DNA of 50,494 bases from a virus (taxonomy: Duplodnaviria > Caudoviricetes), in the IMG/VR virus record IMGVR_UViG_3300031718_000015, positions 1-50,494 of that record, one strand, 5' to 3'. A program made the translations under genes and the position numbers. Numbering within the stretch: the stretch's first letter is position 1; every line of letters begins with the position of its first letter. Positions 27,251-35,926 of this stretch are shown one piece after another. Under the pieces are notes generated by a model, which was given only the letters and a program-made list of their open reading frames with translations, did not search any database and was not told the origin of the DNA.

Positions 27251-30154
27251 TCATAACGCTAAAGCACTCCCTGTGAATCCACCTGTGACCGTTGAACAAG
27301 TACCAGCACTCACCTCCCATGCAAGCCAGTGAGTTGCTGTCATTGCTGAACTATTGATCGTCATTGCGAGTGTGGTATTGGCCGCAGCGAGTTGTCCGGT
27401 CGCGAGCGTCGTCGGAGATGCACAAGTTGTCGGGATAGTCGTACCACAATCTTGTAGTTTTATCGTTGGGAAGGTTGTGCAAGTGAGAGTCGTACCCGCA
27501 AAATTGACCGTCGCATTTTGAATCGTACCTGAGTTAACGACCAATACAGGGTTATATAGCGAGGTCGTTGAAGGCAGGGCAGCTAACTGGCCGGTAGCTA
27601 AATAGAGCGCGCTCGGAAGTGCGATAGGATACTGCACGCCATTCTTGAAACTGTTCGTGCCGTTGTAGGTGCCGGTGCCTTCTGCGCCGCCTGTCGGAGC
27701 GCCGCTGACCACGCCGCCGAGAGGAAACGTAACGGCGTCAGTGGTCACGGCGACGTTTTCTGCCGCGACGCCGCCAACTTCATCAATGATCGAGAATGTC
27801 GCCTGCGCTGCTGCTGCTCCGACGGTTTCGCCAAACCCCCAATGAGTCGCGAGTGTGCCGGAACCGTTATCTGAACCCATCGCGAAAAGGGCGAGGCTCC
27901 CTGCGGGCGCGTTCAACTGCGATATTGCATTGCCGCCTTGCGAGTCCGCCTTCAATCGCGTTACACCTGAACCAAGCAAGGTCAGTGTGCCGGTCGTACC
28001 GGCACTCGCTCCCAACGTCGGTGTTGTGCTGTAGGCTGGCACCGTGCTTGTCCCTGCACTGGTCAGGACCGAGCCCGCCGCCACCGCCGCGAGAGAGCCA
28101 ATAGTATTTGCGCTAGTCGCTTCGAGTAGGTCGCCGGTTGTAGCAGCATTCGGCAGTACGAGCGTCGACCAGAGCGGTGCGGTCGTCACGCCGCCAGAAC
28201 GGAGATAGCTACCCGCCGCAACGTCAGCTAGCCGCGAAAGGGCCGTCGAGCTTGAGGCATACAACAGATCGCCGATTGCTGGTGTCAATGCTGCGCCCGT
28301 ACCACCGAGCGCCGTTGCAACCGGTGTCGTCATTCCACCGTTGCAGGTCCACGCGCCGTTCAGCCGCCACGCCTCAGTGCCGTTACCGCTGCCGGTACAG
28401 GTTGAAGTGCCATAAGTGCCATCGGAGACTAGAACGTGTGAGCCATTCGCGATGGTTGGCAGCGTCGCAACTGTGAACGAAGGGCCATCGAATAGAAGAA
28501 TGTTCGCGTTGAGTGTACTATAGTTCGTCGTGTTGCCAACAAAGGTATTAGGACTAATAGCCCCACTAGCACTAGCATTCGCTGTGATAGCGGTTGTGTT
28601 GTTAACAAAGATATTATTAGATAGTGTTACACTAGTTGTGGCACCACCCCAAGAGAAGCCAGTTGTTGCACTTGCAATATAACTATTGCCCGTAATACTA
28701 ACTTGCGCGATAGTACCTGTGCCAGTTGTTGTCGTCGCTATTCCAGCCGTGCCGCAATCTAGTTCGTTGCCAGTAATATTAATCGCACTCAGCGCCGCAC
28801 CGTTCGCGGTCGCTTCGATCTCAAGGCACGTGGTTGCACCTCCAACATTCTCAATACTATTGCCAGTAAAGAAGAAATCTGAAGTCACACCATTAACGGT
28901 CGCATCGTTTACTAGTGCGCCATAAGTAACCGTGCCGCCAAGAAGAATCTTGTTGCCGTAGAACTTTAGGCCGCCACCAGATAGCCACTCGACGGCTGCG
29001 GTGCCGGTTGAACTAACCCACGAATTACCGAACACCGCACCGTCACCTGCGTCGATATTGGGGTTGTTGATTAATAGGCCAATGTTTACCATGTTGAGAA
29101 ATGAGTTGCTTGAGACTTTCCAAACACTGGTAGCTAATTCACCTAGTTGGTTCCAACCAGAACTGAAGGTCACATCATGCACAACGCTCTGATAGGACTG
29201 ATTTCCACCAGAGGCAGTGATCTGTAAAAGTGTACCAGCCACCGCCGATGCACTACCAGTCAGCGAAAGGTCATGAACGTTTACCGTCCCAAAATTCGCG
29301 GTTGTCAGCGCGAAGATTCCGACAGTCGTACTCGTCGAAGTGATAGTAGTCGAACCTTGTCCCTGTCCTTTTATCGTCAAATTGACGATGCCAGTGGCAC
29401 TGGACAAACTATTCTGAACACAAGTACCAGCAGGGTAAATGAGGGTAGAGTTAGCAACTGCTGCTGCCGCAGTAAGCGCCGCTTGGGCGGCAGCAGAATC
29501 GTCGGTAACGCCGTCGCACTTAGCGCCATAGGCAAGTACGTAGAATACTGACCCATAGGCGTTGTTGAAAAGTGGTGTCGCTGTCGCTGTGGGTGTAGCG
29601 GTAGCAGTGGCGGTAGCTGTACTAGTGGCTGTCGCGGTAGCAGTGCTAGTGGCTGTAGCTGTAGAAGTGGGTGTTGCAGTATTAAAAGCTTGACAGGCTA
29701 CACCACCATTTACTCCATTACCATATTCATAATCACCTGGTGTTGGACAGAACTGCGATGTGGGGCTAGCTGTTGGTGTGGCCGTTGCAGTGGCTGTTGG
29801 AGTAGCTGTGCTAGTGACTGTGGGTGTGAGTGTTATTGTAGGAACGCCAACGCAACCACCGAGCTGCCCGCTATTATTACATAGTGCCTGACCTGAAATC
29901 GGGGCCTGTGCGCTAGTAGGAAGTAAGGCATTACCAAAGATTAGACCATTAGAGAAACCGTTTTGAGGCACGAGCATCCAACCAGATGGTGTACAGTAAA
30001 ACACCTGATGTCGTGTGGCATCGATACACATCTGGTAGATAGTACAGGAATCGTAGGGTACGTTAGAACAAGGGTTACCAAAGGCAATCTGCTGAGCACT
30101 CACAGAGCCATGCAGGAGAGCACACAAAACGAAAGCTAGAACCAGACGTCTCAT
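27251..30154 (-). CDS. Secreted-type pectate-lyase-3-like beta-helix / fibre protein with (TA)n linkers
   Basis: Signal MRRLVLAFVLCALLHGSVSA-Q; VLAYGAKCDGVTDDSAAAQAAL..LIYPAG; fibre repeats GGTG..GDLLYA; many paired Cys. Confidence 0.72.
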   Translation of the reverse strand: MRRLVLAFVLCALLHGSVSAQQIAFGNPCSNVPYDSCTIYQMCIDATRHQVFYCTPSGWMLVPQNGFSNGLIFGNALLPTSAQAPISGQALCNNSGQLGGCVGVPTITLTPTVTSTATPTATATATPTASPTSQFCPTPGDYEYGNGVNGGVACQAFNTATPTSTATATSTATATATSTATATATATPTATATPLFNNAYGSVFYVLAYGAKCDGVTDDSAAAQAALTAAAAVANSTLIYPAGTCVQNSLSSATGIVNLTIKGQGQGSTTITSTSTTVGIFALTTANFGTVNVHDLSLTGSASAVAGTLLQITASGGNQSYQSVVHDVTFSSGWNQLGELATSVWKVSSNSFLNMVNIGLLINNPNIDAGDGAVFGNSWVSSTGTAAVEWLSGGGLKFYGNKILLGGTVTYGALVNDATVNGVTSDFFFTGNSIENVGGATTCLEIEATANGAALSAINITGNELDCGTAGIATTTTGTGTIAQVSITGNSYIASATTGFSWGGATTSVTLSNNIFVNNTTAITANASASGAISPNTFVGNTTNYSTLNANILLFDGPSFTVATLPTIANGSHVLVSDGTYGTSTCTGSGNGTEAWRLNGAWTCNGGMTTPVATALGGTGAALTPAIGDLLYASSSTALSRLADVAAGSYLRSGGVTTAPLWSTLVLPNAATTGDLLEATSANTIGSLAAVAAGSVLTSAGTSTVPAYSTTPTLGASAGTTGTLTLLGSGVTRLKADSQGGNAISQLNAPAGSLALFAMGSDNGSGTLATHWGFGETVGAAAAQATFSIIDEVGGVAAENVAVTTDAVTFPLGGVVSGAPTGGAEGTGTYNGTNSFKNGVQYPIALPSALYLATGQLAALPSTTSLYNPVLVVNSGTIQNATVNFAGTTLTCTTFPTIKLQDCGTTIPTTCASPTTLATGQLAAANTTLAMTINSSAMTATHWLAWEVSAGTCSTVTGGFTGSALAL
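29575..29840. repeat. Two degenerate hexamer repeat tracts encoding Thr-Ala/Pro-Thr linkers
   Basis: TATPTSTATATSTATATATSTATATATATPTATATP and TPTVTSTATPTATATATPTASPT. Confidence 0.85.
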
Positions 30155-30582
30155 GGAATAGTTTCGGTGCTCATGAAGTTAGACGCTGCGTCACAACTCA
30201 TATCCCATTCAGCACAGATTGTTGGGTCACTTGGGTTGATATATTTATCGACCTTATAGGTGTAACTGGTATTGCCTGGGATATAAATACCAATCTTGGT
30301 TGTAGCATTCGGGGCAGGAGAAGCACTAGCACACGGACTAGCCGCCGAAGCGGGAGCGACATAACAATTAGCAGTGCCAATGCAATGAAAGGTTATAGAT
30401 TTGGTTCGACAGGTTGTAGAGGTCTGACAGGCTAAGAGCTTAGCTGCAGTTGACGCCGTGGGGCAGGCCACTGCGGTAGGACTGGCTGCACTACCTGGAG
30501 CCACTCCATTCATCTGGAAGCCAACAATGAAAGGGGTCCAGGCAAGACCAACTATTACCAAAGCCCAAAATTTCTTGTTCAT
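30151..30582 (-). CDS. Secreted-type Cys-rich protein
   Basis: MNKKFWALVIVGLAW signal-like N-terminus; 8 Cys. Confidence 0.6.
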   Translation of the reverse strand: MNKKFWALVIVGLAWTPFIVGFQMNGVAPGSAASPTAVACPTASTAAKLLACQTSTTCRTKSITFHCIGTANCYVAPASAASPCASASPAPNATTKIGIYIPGNTSYTYKVDKYINPSDPTICAEWDMSCDAASNFMSTETIP

Positions 30583-32105
30583 ACCCCTGCCCGAATACCA
30601 AAGCGGTTGTAGGTCTGTTTGAGATCAACGGTCTGAACTATCTTGGGACCATACTTGAGCTGGTCGAAGTCGAGTTCGGCGAGACAGAGATAGCGAATTA
30701 TATCGGGGAAGTCTTTGTTGATTTCAGCTGGGACTTCTTTCTTGTCCTTACCTTGGTTACCTTTATTACGTGCCCAATCAGCCCAGGCATAGCGGCCCAT
30801 TTGGTGAACCGGCCCGCCTTTGCCACGACACTTTTCGGTGAAGCGAAGGCGTGGTTTGGGCTTTGCGAGTAGATAGCTATGCACCATCGTGTGACCAATC
30901 TTGATATTGTCATCAGTGAAGGCCACAGGATAGCCATAGTTATTGTAAGCTTCTTCCCAAGACATCTCGTCGATTTGCTTTGCCTTGCCACGGTTGGGGT
31001 CCATGACACACAACACGGCTGGCATGGTGTGTCGTGAGTCAATGGCCATTAGCTCGGCCTGAATCTGTTCTAGTGAACCCTTGATCAAAGCCCAGTCAAA
31101 TATGATGATATCATTTTGTGGCGTTATCGTGGCCCACAGATGATAAACGGCCTTGCGCTCATGCGGGTCAACCCCCATTACAACCGGCCAGTCATATTGG
31201 AATTCCTGGTCGGGAATGATGAAGGGTGGCGCCTCGATAAATTCTTTATAAACACGTCCGACAAGAGAGACAGGGTTTCCAGTAACTCGCACTTCCCGTT
31301 CTTCTTCTGTAAGCGAATCAATAAAGTCCCGCTTTGCTTGTTCACTAATCCAAGGATTGTCGTCAATGGAGGACTTGAAGATTCGAACAAAGGATTTCTC
31401 CTCACCCTCGTCGAAGAGCCAGGTTTCCTTGAGGAGTGTGGCCGTGATGACGAATAAACCATTGAGGGTTACCAGGCCGCGAAGCACGGCGGTGTAAATA
31501 GTGCGGGGCGGGGGTTCGTCACACCATACAATGTCCCAGTCTTTACCTTCAGCCTTGTCGGCACCCTGATCATAAGTGCGGAAGAATAAGATTGAGCCGT
31601 TGGTATGCTCAATATGAACCACAGCCCCCGTGGGATTACGAACGACGTTCTTGATGAATTTCTTTGGACACCACGAGAGATAAGCGGGGAGGGTAACCTC
31701 TTTGTGAGAGTCAAAGTCCTCGGCGAAGACGCAGCCATAACAAGGGATTTTGAACTTCTTGGTGGGCCGGAAATCATGTCCCCACAAGATAGTGCCGGTC
31801 ATAAACTCGGCCATCTTGATAGCACCGGCAGTGGTCTTACCAGTCTTATTACCAGCAATAAATAGAAGCACCCTAACACTCGCATCATCGAGTGTCATGA
31901 AATCCCACTGCCCACCAGGATTGGGCATGTAGAATCTCACCGGATCAGCCTTGATGAGCTTGGCGTAGTCTTTGGTTTTCTTATCGAGTTCCCAGAGCTG
32001 GTGTGGAGTATAGGACTCGATTTCCTGTTTCGATGGCAAGAGGCGCGAGAGAGTACGCTCGATATATGTAGGCGGGATTTTGTCTACATAGAGTGGCTTG
32101 GCCAC
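30579..32105 (-). CDS. terL: Terminase large subunit
   Basis: AGNKTGKT Walker A, VWCDEPPP Walker B, TAT motif, GVDPH nuclease motif, C-terminal D..D..RY. Confidence 0.93.
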   Translation of the reverse strand: MAKPLYVDKIPPTYIERTLSRLLPSKQEIESYTPHQLWELDKKTKDYAKLIKADPVRFYMPNPGGQWDFMTLDDASVRVLLFIAGNKTGKTTAGAIKMAEFMTGTILWGHDFRPTKKFKIPCYGCVFAEDFDSHKEVTLPAYLSWCPKKFIKNVVRNPTGAVVHIEHTNGSILFFRTYDQGADKAEGKDWDIVWCDEPPPRTIYTAVLRGLVTLNGLFVITATLLKETWLFDEGEEKSFVRIFKSSIDDNPWISEQAKRDFIDSLTEEEREVRVTGNPVSLVGRVYKEFIEAPPFIIPDQEFQYDWPVVMGVDPHERKAVYHLWATITPQNDIIIFDWALIKGSLEQIQAELMAIDSRHTMPAVLCVMDPNRGKAKQIDEMSWEEAYNNYGYPVAFTDDNIKIGHTMVHSYLLAKPKPRLRFTEKCRGKGGPVHQMGRYAWADWARNKGNQGKDKKEVPAEINKDFPDIIRYLCLAELDFDQLKYGPKIVQTVDLKQTYNRFGIRAGV

Positions 32106-32119
32106 AGCTCGAAGACTCG

Positions 32120-32389
32120 CTACGCGTGCTCGTGCTGCTCAGCACCTAAGTCGCGTGATTGAGCAGCCGGACCCGCGTGCTTCGCGTGTGCAGCGTCGTC
32201 GGCAGCCTTGTGAGCGGCACGGGATTTCTTACTGATAGGTCGGGCCGGTGGGACTGCCAACTCCTCATGATAAGCGGCGCGGAAGTGACGATGAATACGT
32301 CCGAGCTTCTTCGACTGATGAGCGTTGAGTGCGAGTAGCTCGTCCATTGCGGCGAGCATGAGACTGGTTTTGGGGTCTTTTTCTGCCAC
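32120..32389 (-). CDS. Hypothetical protein
   Basis: 89-aa ORF between the TerS candidate and TerL. Confidence 0.55.
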   Translation of the reverse strand: MAEKDPKTSLMLAAMDELLALNAHQSKKLGRIHRHFRAAYHEELAVPPARPISKKSRAAHKAADDAAHAKHAGPAAQSRDLGAEQHEHA

Positions 32390-32390
32390 G

Positions 32391-32882
32391 TTAGTTCACC
32401 AATTTTCCGTCGGGGCCAACACCCTGAGAGGGGGTGGCGTCTTTCAGTTTGAGGAGCGCGGCTCTTAGCTGCTCAGGTGTTTGATTCTTGTAGGTCTCGA
32501 GAATCGGGTCTGGGCGCTCGATACTAACACGGTGGACTGGAGTGTGACCAGCAATAGCCAGGAGTTCGGTAGTATTGCGGGTTCGAATCTTCTCATCGTT
32601 TGAGTAAAGAGCGAGCTTGACCTTTTCATTGAACATCTCGACGCTCACAGCTTGAGCTAACGTGATAACCTCAAGCATCGAGTCGAAGGTGTGATCTTCG
32701 AGCTGCTTGAGTATCTCCTGGCCGTGATCGCTGTGAATGACCTTCGCGACGACATCAGCGCCACAGGCAAGTTGTTTGGCGATCTCGGCCTGCTCTAAGC
32801 CTTCCCAGTAGAGACGCACGATTTGGGTGTAGAAGGGCTTCCACCGCTTGGGGTTCCAGACCTTGGGATCGCCAAACAACAC
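32391..32882 (-). CDS. Putative terminase small subunit
   Basis: N-terminal HTH (GLEQAEIAKQLAC..DVVAKVI) with a helical core, upstream of TerL; GGAG RBS. Confidence 0.55.
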   Translation of the reverse strand: MLFGDPKVWNPKRWKPFYTQIVRLYWEGLEQAEIAKQLACGADVVAKVIHSDHGQEILKQLEDHTFDSMLEVITLAQAVSVEMFNEKVKLALYSNDEKIRTRNTTELLAIAGHTPVHRVSIERPDPILETYKNQTPEQLRAALLKLKDATPSQGVGPDGKLVN

Positions 32883-32894
32883 TTGTGTAACTCC

Positions 32895-33197
32895 TTACGG
32901 GGCGCCTGGGACCACAGCCTTGATCTGTGCAATGCCGGCGTTGACTGCCGTCACAGAGGCCTGAATCTGCGCCACCGCCGCTTCGACATCTGCATCAGAA
33001 GTCCCAGGGTTCGAGATAACTGCGAGAGCCGCTGTGATGTCAGCTGTTTCAGCTGTCACTGCGGTAGCCAGTGCCGCAATCGCGGCCTTGAGATCGTCAA
33101 TAGCTGCCATGATTTTCTCCGTCTTGGTTAGTATCTGTTTAAGTAACTGCCTATCATCATCCCAGAAAAATCCAGCTTTCGGTCCGACCTGTCCCAT
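32895..33197 (-). CDS. Ala-rich coiled-coil protein, probably leaderless
   Basis: ATG 33197 lies 7 nt after a TACAAT -10 box; the ORF-track TTG start is the -35 box itself. Confidence 0.6.
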   Translation of the reverse strand: MGQVGPKAGFFWDDDRQLLKQILTKTEKIMAAIDDLKAAIAALATAVTAETADITAALAVISNPGTSDADVEAAVAQIQASVTAVNAGIAQIKAVVPGAP

Positions 33198-33204
33198 GAG
33201 AAGC

Positions 33205-33233
33205 ATTGTAGCAAGCCCACAGGGCGATGTCAA
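33205..33233 (-). promoter_or_regulatory. Sigma70-type promoter of the late arm
   Basis: TTGACA-17 nt-TACAAT with extended TGn. Confidence 0.8.
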
Positions 33234-33284
33234 CTGCCGCTAATGGCAAAAATTGCTCAGGCGGGCAGGCGCTCCACAATCTGA

Positions 33285-33309
33285 TAGCTATTCCAAATTG
33301 CAATAGCTA
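33285..33309. repeat. 25-bp quasi-palindrome, copy 6
   Basis: TAGCTATTCCAAATTGCAATAGCTA, in the divergent intergenic region. Confidence 0.92.
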
Positions 33310-33494
33310 AGCATTCTCCAGTTACTACAACCAGTCACATGATTTTTAGGGCGGAGAGACAGTGTGGGTTCCCTGCAAGGGTGGTGCCAAGGGACTGGGA
33401 CCCCCCACTGACATTAGCTACGCTAATAGGTGAGCCATTAGCTACCCTTATATCAGTTCAACTAATAGTCGCGGTCAGCTGAGCTAATAGACTT

Positions 33495-33552
33495 GAGATT
33501 AGATTTATTCATGCTGGCCGCTATTGACAGCCGCTGCGACTGGCGCTATGCT
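33495..33552 (+). promoter_or_regulatory. Sigma70 promoter with upstream ATTAG-N5-TTCATGCT box
   Basis: TTGACA (33524)-17 nt-TATGCT (33547); box ends at 33515. Confidence 0.75.
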
Positions 33553-33558
33553 CTTGTC

Positions 33559-33920
33559 ATGGCGGAGAGAAATCCAAGCCATAGCTCGAAGCGGGGTCTA
33601 AGCGGTTCCGGCCAGCGCCCTTAGTAGAGTTGTCCAACATATCCTTGCGACGGGGAAGTATAGCACCGTAGGGTTAAAAGTAGCCCCTCGCATCGTGGGT
33701 GAATGGTAGAACCAGAATCCTGAGACAATAGTCGAGTTAGTGAGTTCCAACGTTTTTGCCTAGCCAAGCAATCTGGAGTTTATAAACATGAAAGGTTGGC
33801 GTAACTTCTGGATTGATGTGAGCTATTGCATACTTGAGAAAAGGTTCGGGACGCGGCTAGATTGGTATGGAAAAGCTTGTGTGATAGCTGCTGTTTGCTA
33901 TCCTACCTTTTATCAGGAGC
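33559..33920 (+). ncRNA. Candidate structured non-coding RNA, family unassigned
   Basis: Follows a promoter, has no ORF of 60 aa or more, and contains several complementary segments (see findings). The 3' end is uncertain. Confidence 0.5.
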
Positions 33921-33976
33921 ATTAGATTATTTCATGCTCGACAGCGGGCAGGATAGCTTGCAATAGGGCGTAGAAT
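33918..33976 (+). promoter_or_regulatory. AGCATTAG-N5-TTCATGCT box and possible -10 TAGAAT
   Basis: Box at 33918-33938; TAGAAT at 33971; no good -35. Confidence 0.5.
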
Positions 33977-33992
33977 TTGAGAGGATAAGCGC

Positions 33993-34139
33993 ATGGCAAA
34001 GAAAATCAGGAGTGAGATTGAAACGCTCGAAAGGCGCATAGAAAAAGAGAAACGGCGCGTGAGAGCCAAGAAAGGCAGTTTCACAGTATTGAATCGGCTT
34101 GAGTCAATACTAAAAGGCAAGCAATCGGGCTTGCCTTAA
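33993..34139 (+). CDS. 48-aa basic coiled-coil protein (not in ORF track)
   Basis: GAGAGGA RBS; MAKKIRSEIETLERRIEKEKRRVRAKK... Confidence 0.6.
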   Translation: MAKKIRSEIETLERRIEKEKRRVRAKKGSFTVLNRLESILKGKQSGLP

Positions 34140-34165
34140 TGGTAGGGATATGAGAGGATTTGAGC

Positions 34166-34339
34166 ATGGCAGAAAAGATTAGCAAGTTGGTGGCAATCAA
34201 GAAATTCATCGAAGGTGACTTCGGTGGGTTTGTGGGACGCAAGGTCGAGGCAAAAGAGCTCACGCAGCTCACGCCCGAAGACCGCGTCGAATTGGCGACC
34301 GAGGCCTGTGCGATCATGGGCTGTGAGTTGTTCAACTAA
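34166..34339 (+). CDS. 57-aa hypothetical protein (not in ORF track)
   Basis: GAGAGGA RBS; MAEKISKLVAIKKFIEG...ELTQLTPEDRVELA. Confidence 0.65.
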   Translation: MAEKISKLVAIKKFIEGDFGGFVGRKVEAKELTQLTPEDRVELATEACAIMGCELFN

Positions 34340-34383
34340 ACATCCGATTAACAGCCGTGATAGACGGCAGGAGCTAGATCACG

Positions 34384-34923
34384 ATGGCAGACGGCAAAGC
34401 GTTGGAGTTGAAAGAGGGTGCGAGGATTGATGTGAGCGTTACGGTCTATGAGGATATCAAGACCAAGGACGCGAGCGGGCGGGTGACCGAGGGCAAGACC
34501 TTGCATGACGCGAATGGCCGGAAGGTTCAGACACGCGCCGAAGATGGCCAGCGGTTCGTGAGAAGGGTGCTCATGTACCCATTTCCAGCAGGGTTGATTG
34601 ATGATCCGCTGACGGGCAAGAAAGCGGCTGAGAATATGACCGCGCAGCAGATCGGCCATGCGCTGAATGAGTGGCTCAAGGAAGTCGAGGCGCTCAAGGC
34701 GAATGGTGGGCGGGTGAGCGTCAGCGATGGTAAGGATTCGGTTACGATGGAAGTGCCGATTGATGTCATTCCCACGCCGGCTGAAACCTTGGTCAAGGGT
34801 TTCAAGCTTGAGATTCAGGGACCGGTCAATCAGCAGCTAGTGAAGGACCACGTCACTGTCATCGGCGGCCAGGGCAAGGCAAAGAGCACACGAGGCCCGC
34901 TCAATCTCTCGTCACTCGGATAG
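34384..34923 (+). CDS. Hypothetical early protein with LxxLG C-tail
   Basis: AGGAG RBS; followed by a terminator; ends PLNLSSLG. Confidence 0.8.
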   Translation: MADGKALELKEGARIDVSVTVYEDIKTKDASGRVTEGKTLHDANGRKVQTRAEDGQRFVRRVLMYPFPAGLIDDPLTGKKAAENMTAQQIGHALNEWLKEVEALKANGGRVSVSDGKDSVTMEVPIDVIPTPAETLVKGFKLEIQGPVNQQLVKDHVTVIGGQGKAKSTRGPLNLSSLG

Positions 34924-34937
34924 TCAACTCCAACAAG

Positions 34938-34970
34938 AACCCCGATCAGCAATGGTCGGGGTTTTTTCTT
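34938..34970 (+). terminator. Rho-independent terminator
   Basis: AACCCCGATCA-GCAA-TGGTCGGGGTT followed by a T-tract. Confidence 0.88.
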
Positions 34971-34990
34971 GCCTGCGGCATAGCTCGGTG

Positions 34991-35281
34991 ATCTAAGGCA
35001 GCAACTTTTTCAATGAGTGTCAATATGACGCCCTGAGAGCTGCTTTGAGAGACTCTTAGATGGCATTCTCAAAGGCGTTATTGGAAACTATGGGCGCAAG
35101 CGAGAGTGGAGTAGTGTTTATATATATGTCTATATATATATTAACATATATACTCTAACACATTTGCTCTCACTCCTGCCCGCTGTTTCTATGTCAGTCT
35201 CTCTCAACCGCTCCTTTAGGGATAGTTTCCAATGGCCCCGCTGAGAGGCGATGACTAAGGGTCGCTGAAAGCGCCTTAGAT
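34991..35281. other. Nested inverted repeats around a (TA)n core; candidate replication origin
   Basis: TCTAAGGC/GCCTTAGA, GACTCTTAG/CTAAGGGTC, TTGGAAACTAT/ATAGTTTCCAA, GTGTT/AACAC and TATATATGT/ACATATATA around ~35117-35152. Confidence 0.5.
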
Positions 35282-35321
35282 GGCTATTGCTGCTAATAGC
35301 AAATTTTGCTCATCCAAGCAG

Positions 35322-35350
35322 TTGACAGCCCCATTGCCCAATGCTACTCT
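35322..35350 (+). promoter_or_regulatory. Sigma70 promoter
   Basis: TTGACA-17 nt-TACTCT with TGn; in-frame GTG 7 nt later. Confidence 0.72.
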
Positions 35351-35357
35351 CTTAACC

Positions 35358-35687
35358 GTGGGCACCCGAATAATTCCAGTCTCGCTGCTAGAAAAGAGAT
35401 ATGTTAAAGAGTGCGCGGCCTGCTACGAAATGTGGTTTGGTGAATATTGTCGCGTGAAGCTAGCAGGAATTATTAGTGAGTATACACCAAAGAAACCGCT
35501 TCCAGCACACCAACAAAGTATGCAAGAACCCACCACTTCTCTAACTCTAAAAATAGCACATGAAACTTGGTCATATGTTAGAACAGAAGCGAAACGACAT
35601 AACCTAACACTCTCTCAATATTGTCGTATTATACTACTCGATCTGGAGTTGCCTAATGCCAATCAAAACATCGCCCAAGAAGATTAA
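35358..35687 (+). CDS. Ribbon-helix-helix DNA-binding protein with N-terminal Cys cluster
   Basis: TSLTLKI..ETWSYVRTEAKRHNLTLSQYCRIIL; start re-called to the leaderless GTG. Confidence 0.6.
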   Translation: MGTRIIPVSLLEKRYVKECAACYEMWFGEYCRVKLAGIISEYTPKKPLPAHQQSMQEPTTSLTLKIAHETWSYVRTEAKRHNLTLSQYCRIILLDLELPNANQNIAQED

Positions 35688-35925
35688 ACTCGTGACGTAT
35701 GTTACAAGTATCGAACATGCCCAAGCAATGGAGACTGCAAGGTTGCAACAATTGTCACTAAGCGAGTGGCTCAGAGCACTCATTATTGGTGCATTTGCTA
35801 AAGTGGTTGTTATTCCAGCCCAAGTCAATCAACCTTATGTAAAACTCCCTGATGCAACGCAACTCCGTAATGATTTAATATTCGGTGATGTCAATGAACC
35901 CCACAATGAATCTGGAGACGAGTGA
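35656..35925 (+). CDS. Ribbon-helix-helix-like protein
   Basis: KLVTYVT..EHAQAMETARLQQLSLSEWLRALI; GGAG RBS. Confidence 0.55.
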   Translation: MPIKTSPKKIKLVTYVTSIEHAQAMETARLQQLSLSEWLRALIIGAFAKVVVIPAQVNQPYVKLPDATQLRNDLIFGDVNEPHNESGDE

Positions 35926-35926
35926 C

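Noticed and set aside
33820-33845. Ninth copy of the 25-mer (AGCTATTGCATAC...) and the similar dyad at 35283-35300
   Set aside because: The first is only a half-site and the second has the wrong spacing.
33700-33860. Group I intron, tmRNA or RNase P identity for the non-coding region
   Set aside because: Only vague fragments match (GAGACAATAGTC, GGTTCG); there is no interrupted gene, acceptor stem or GAGGAAAGTCC signature.
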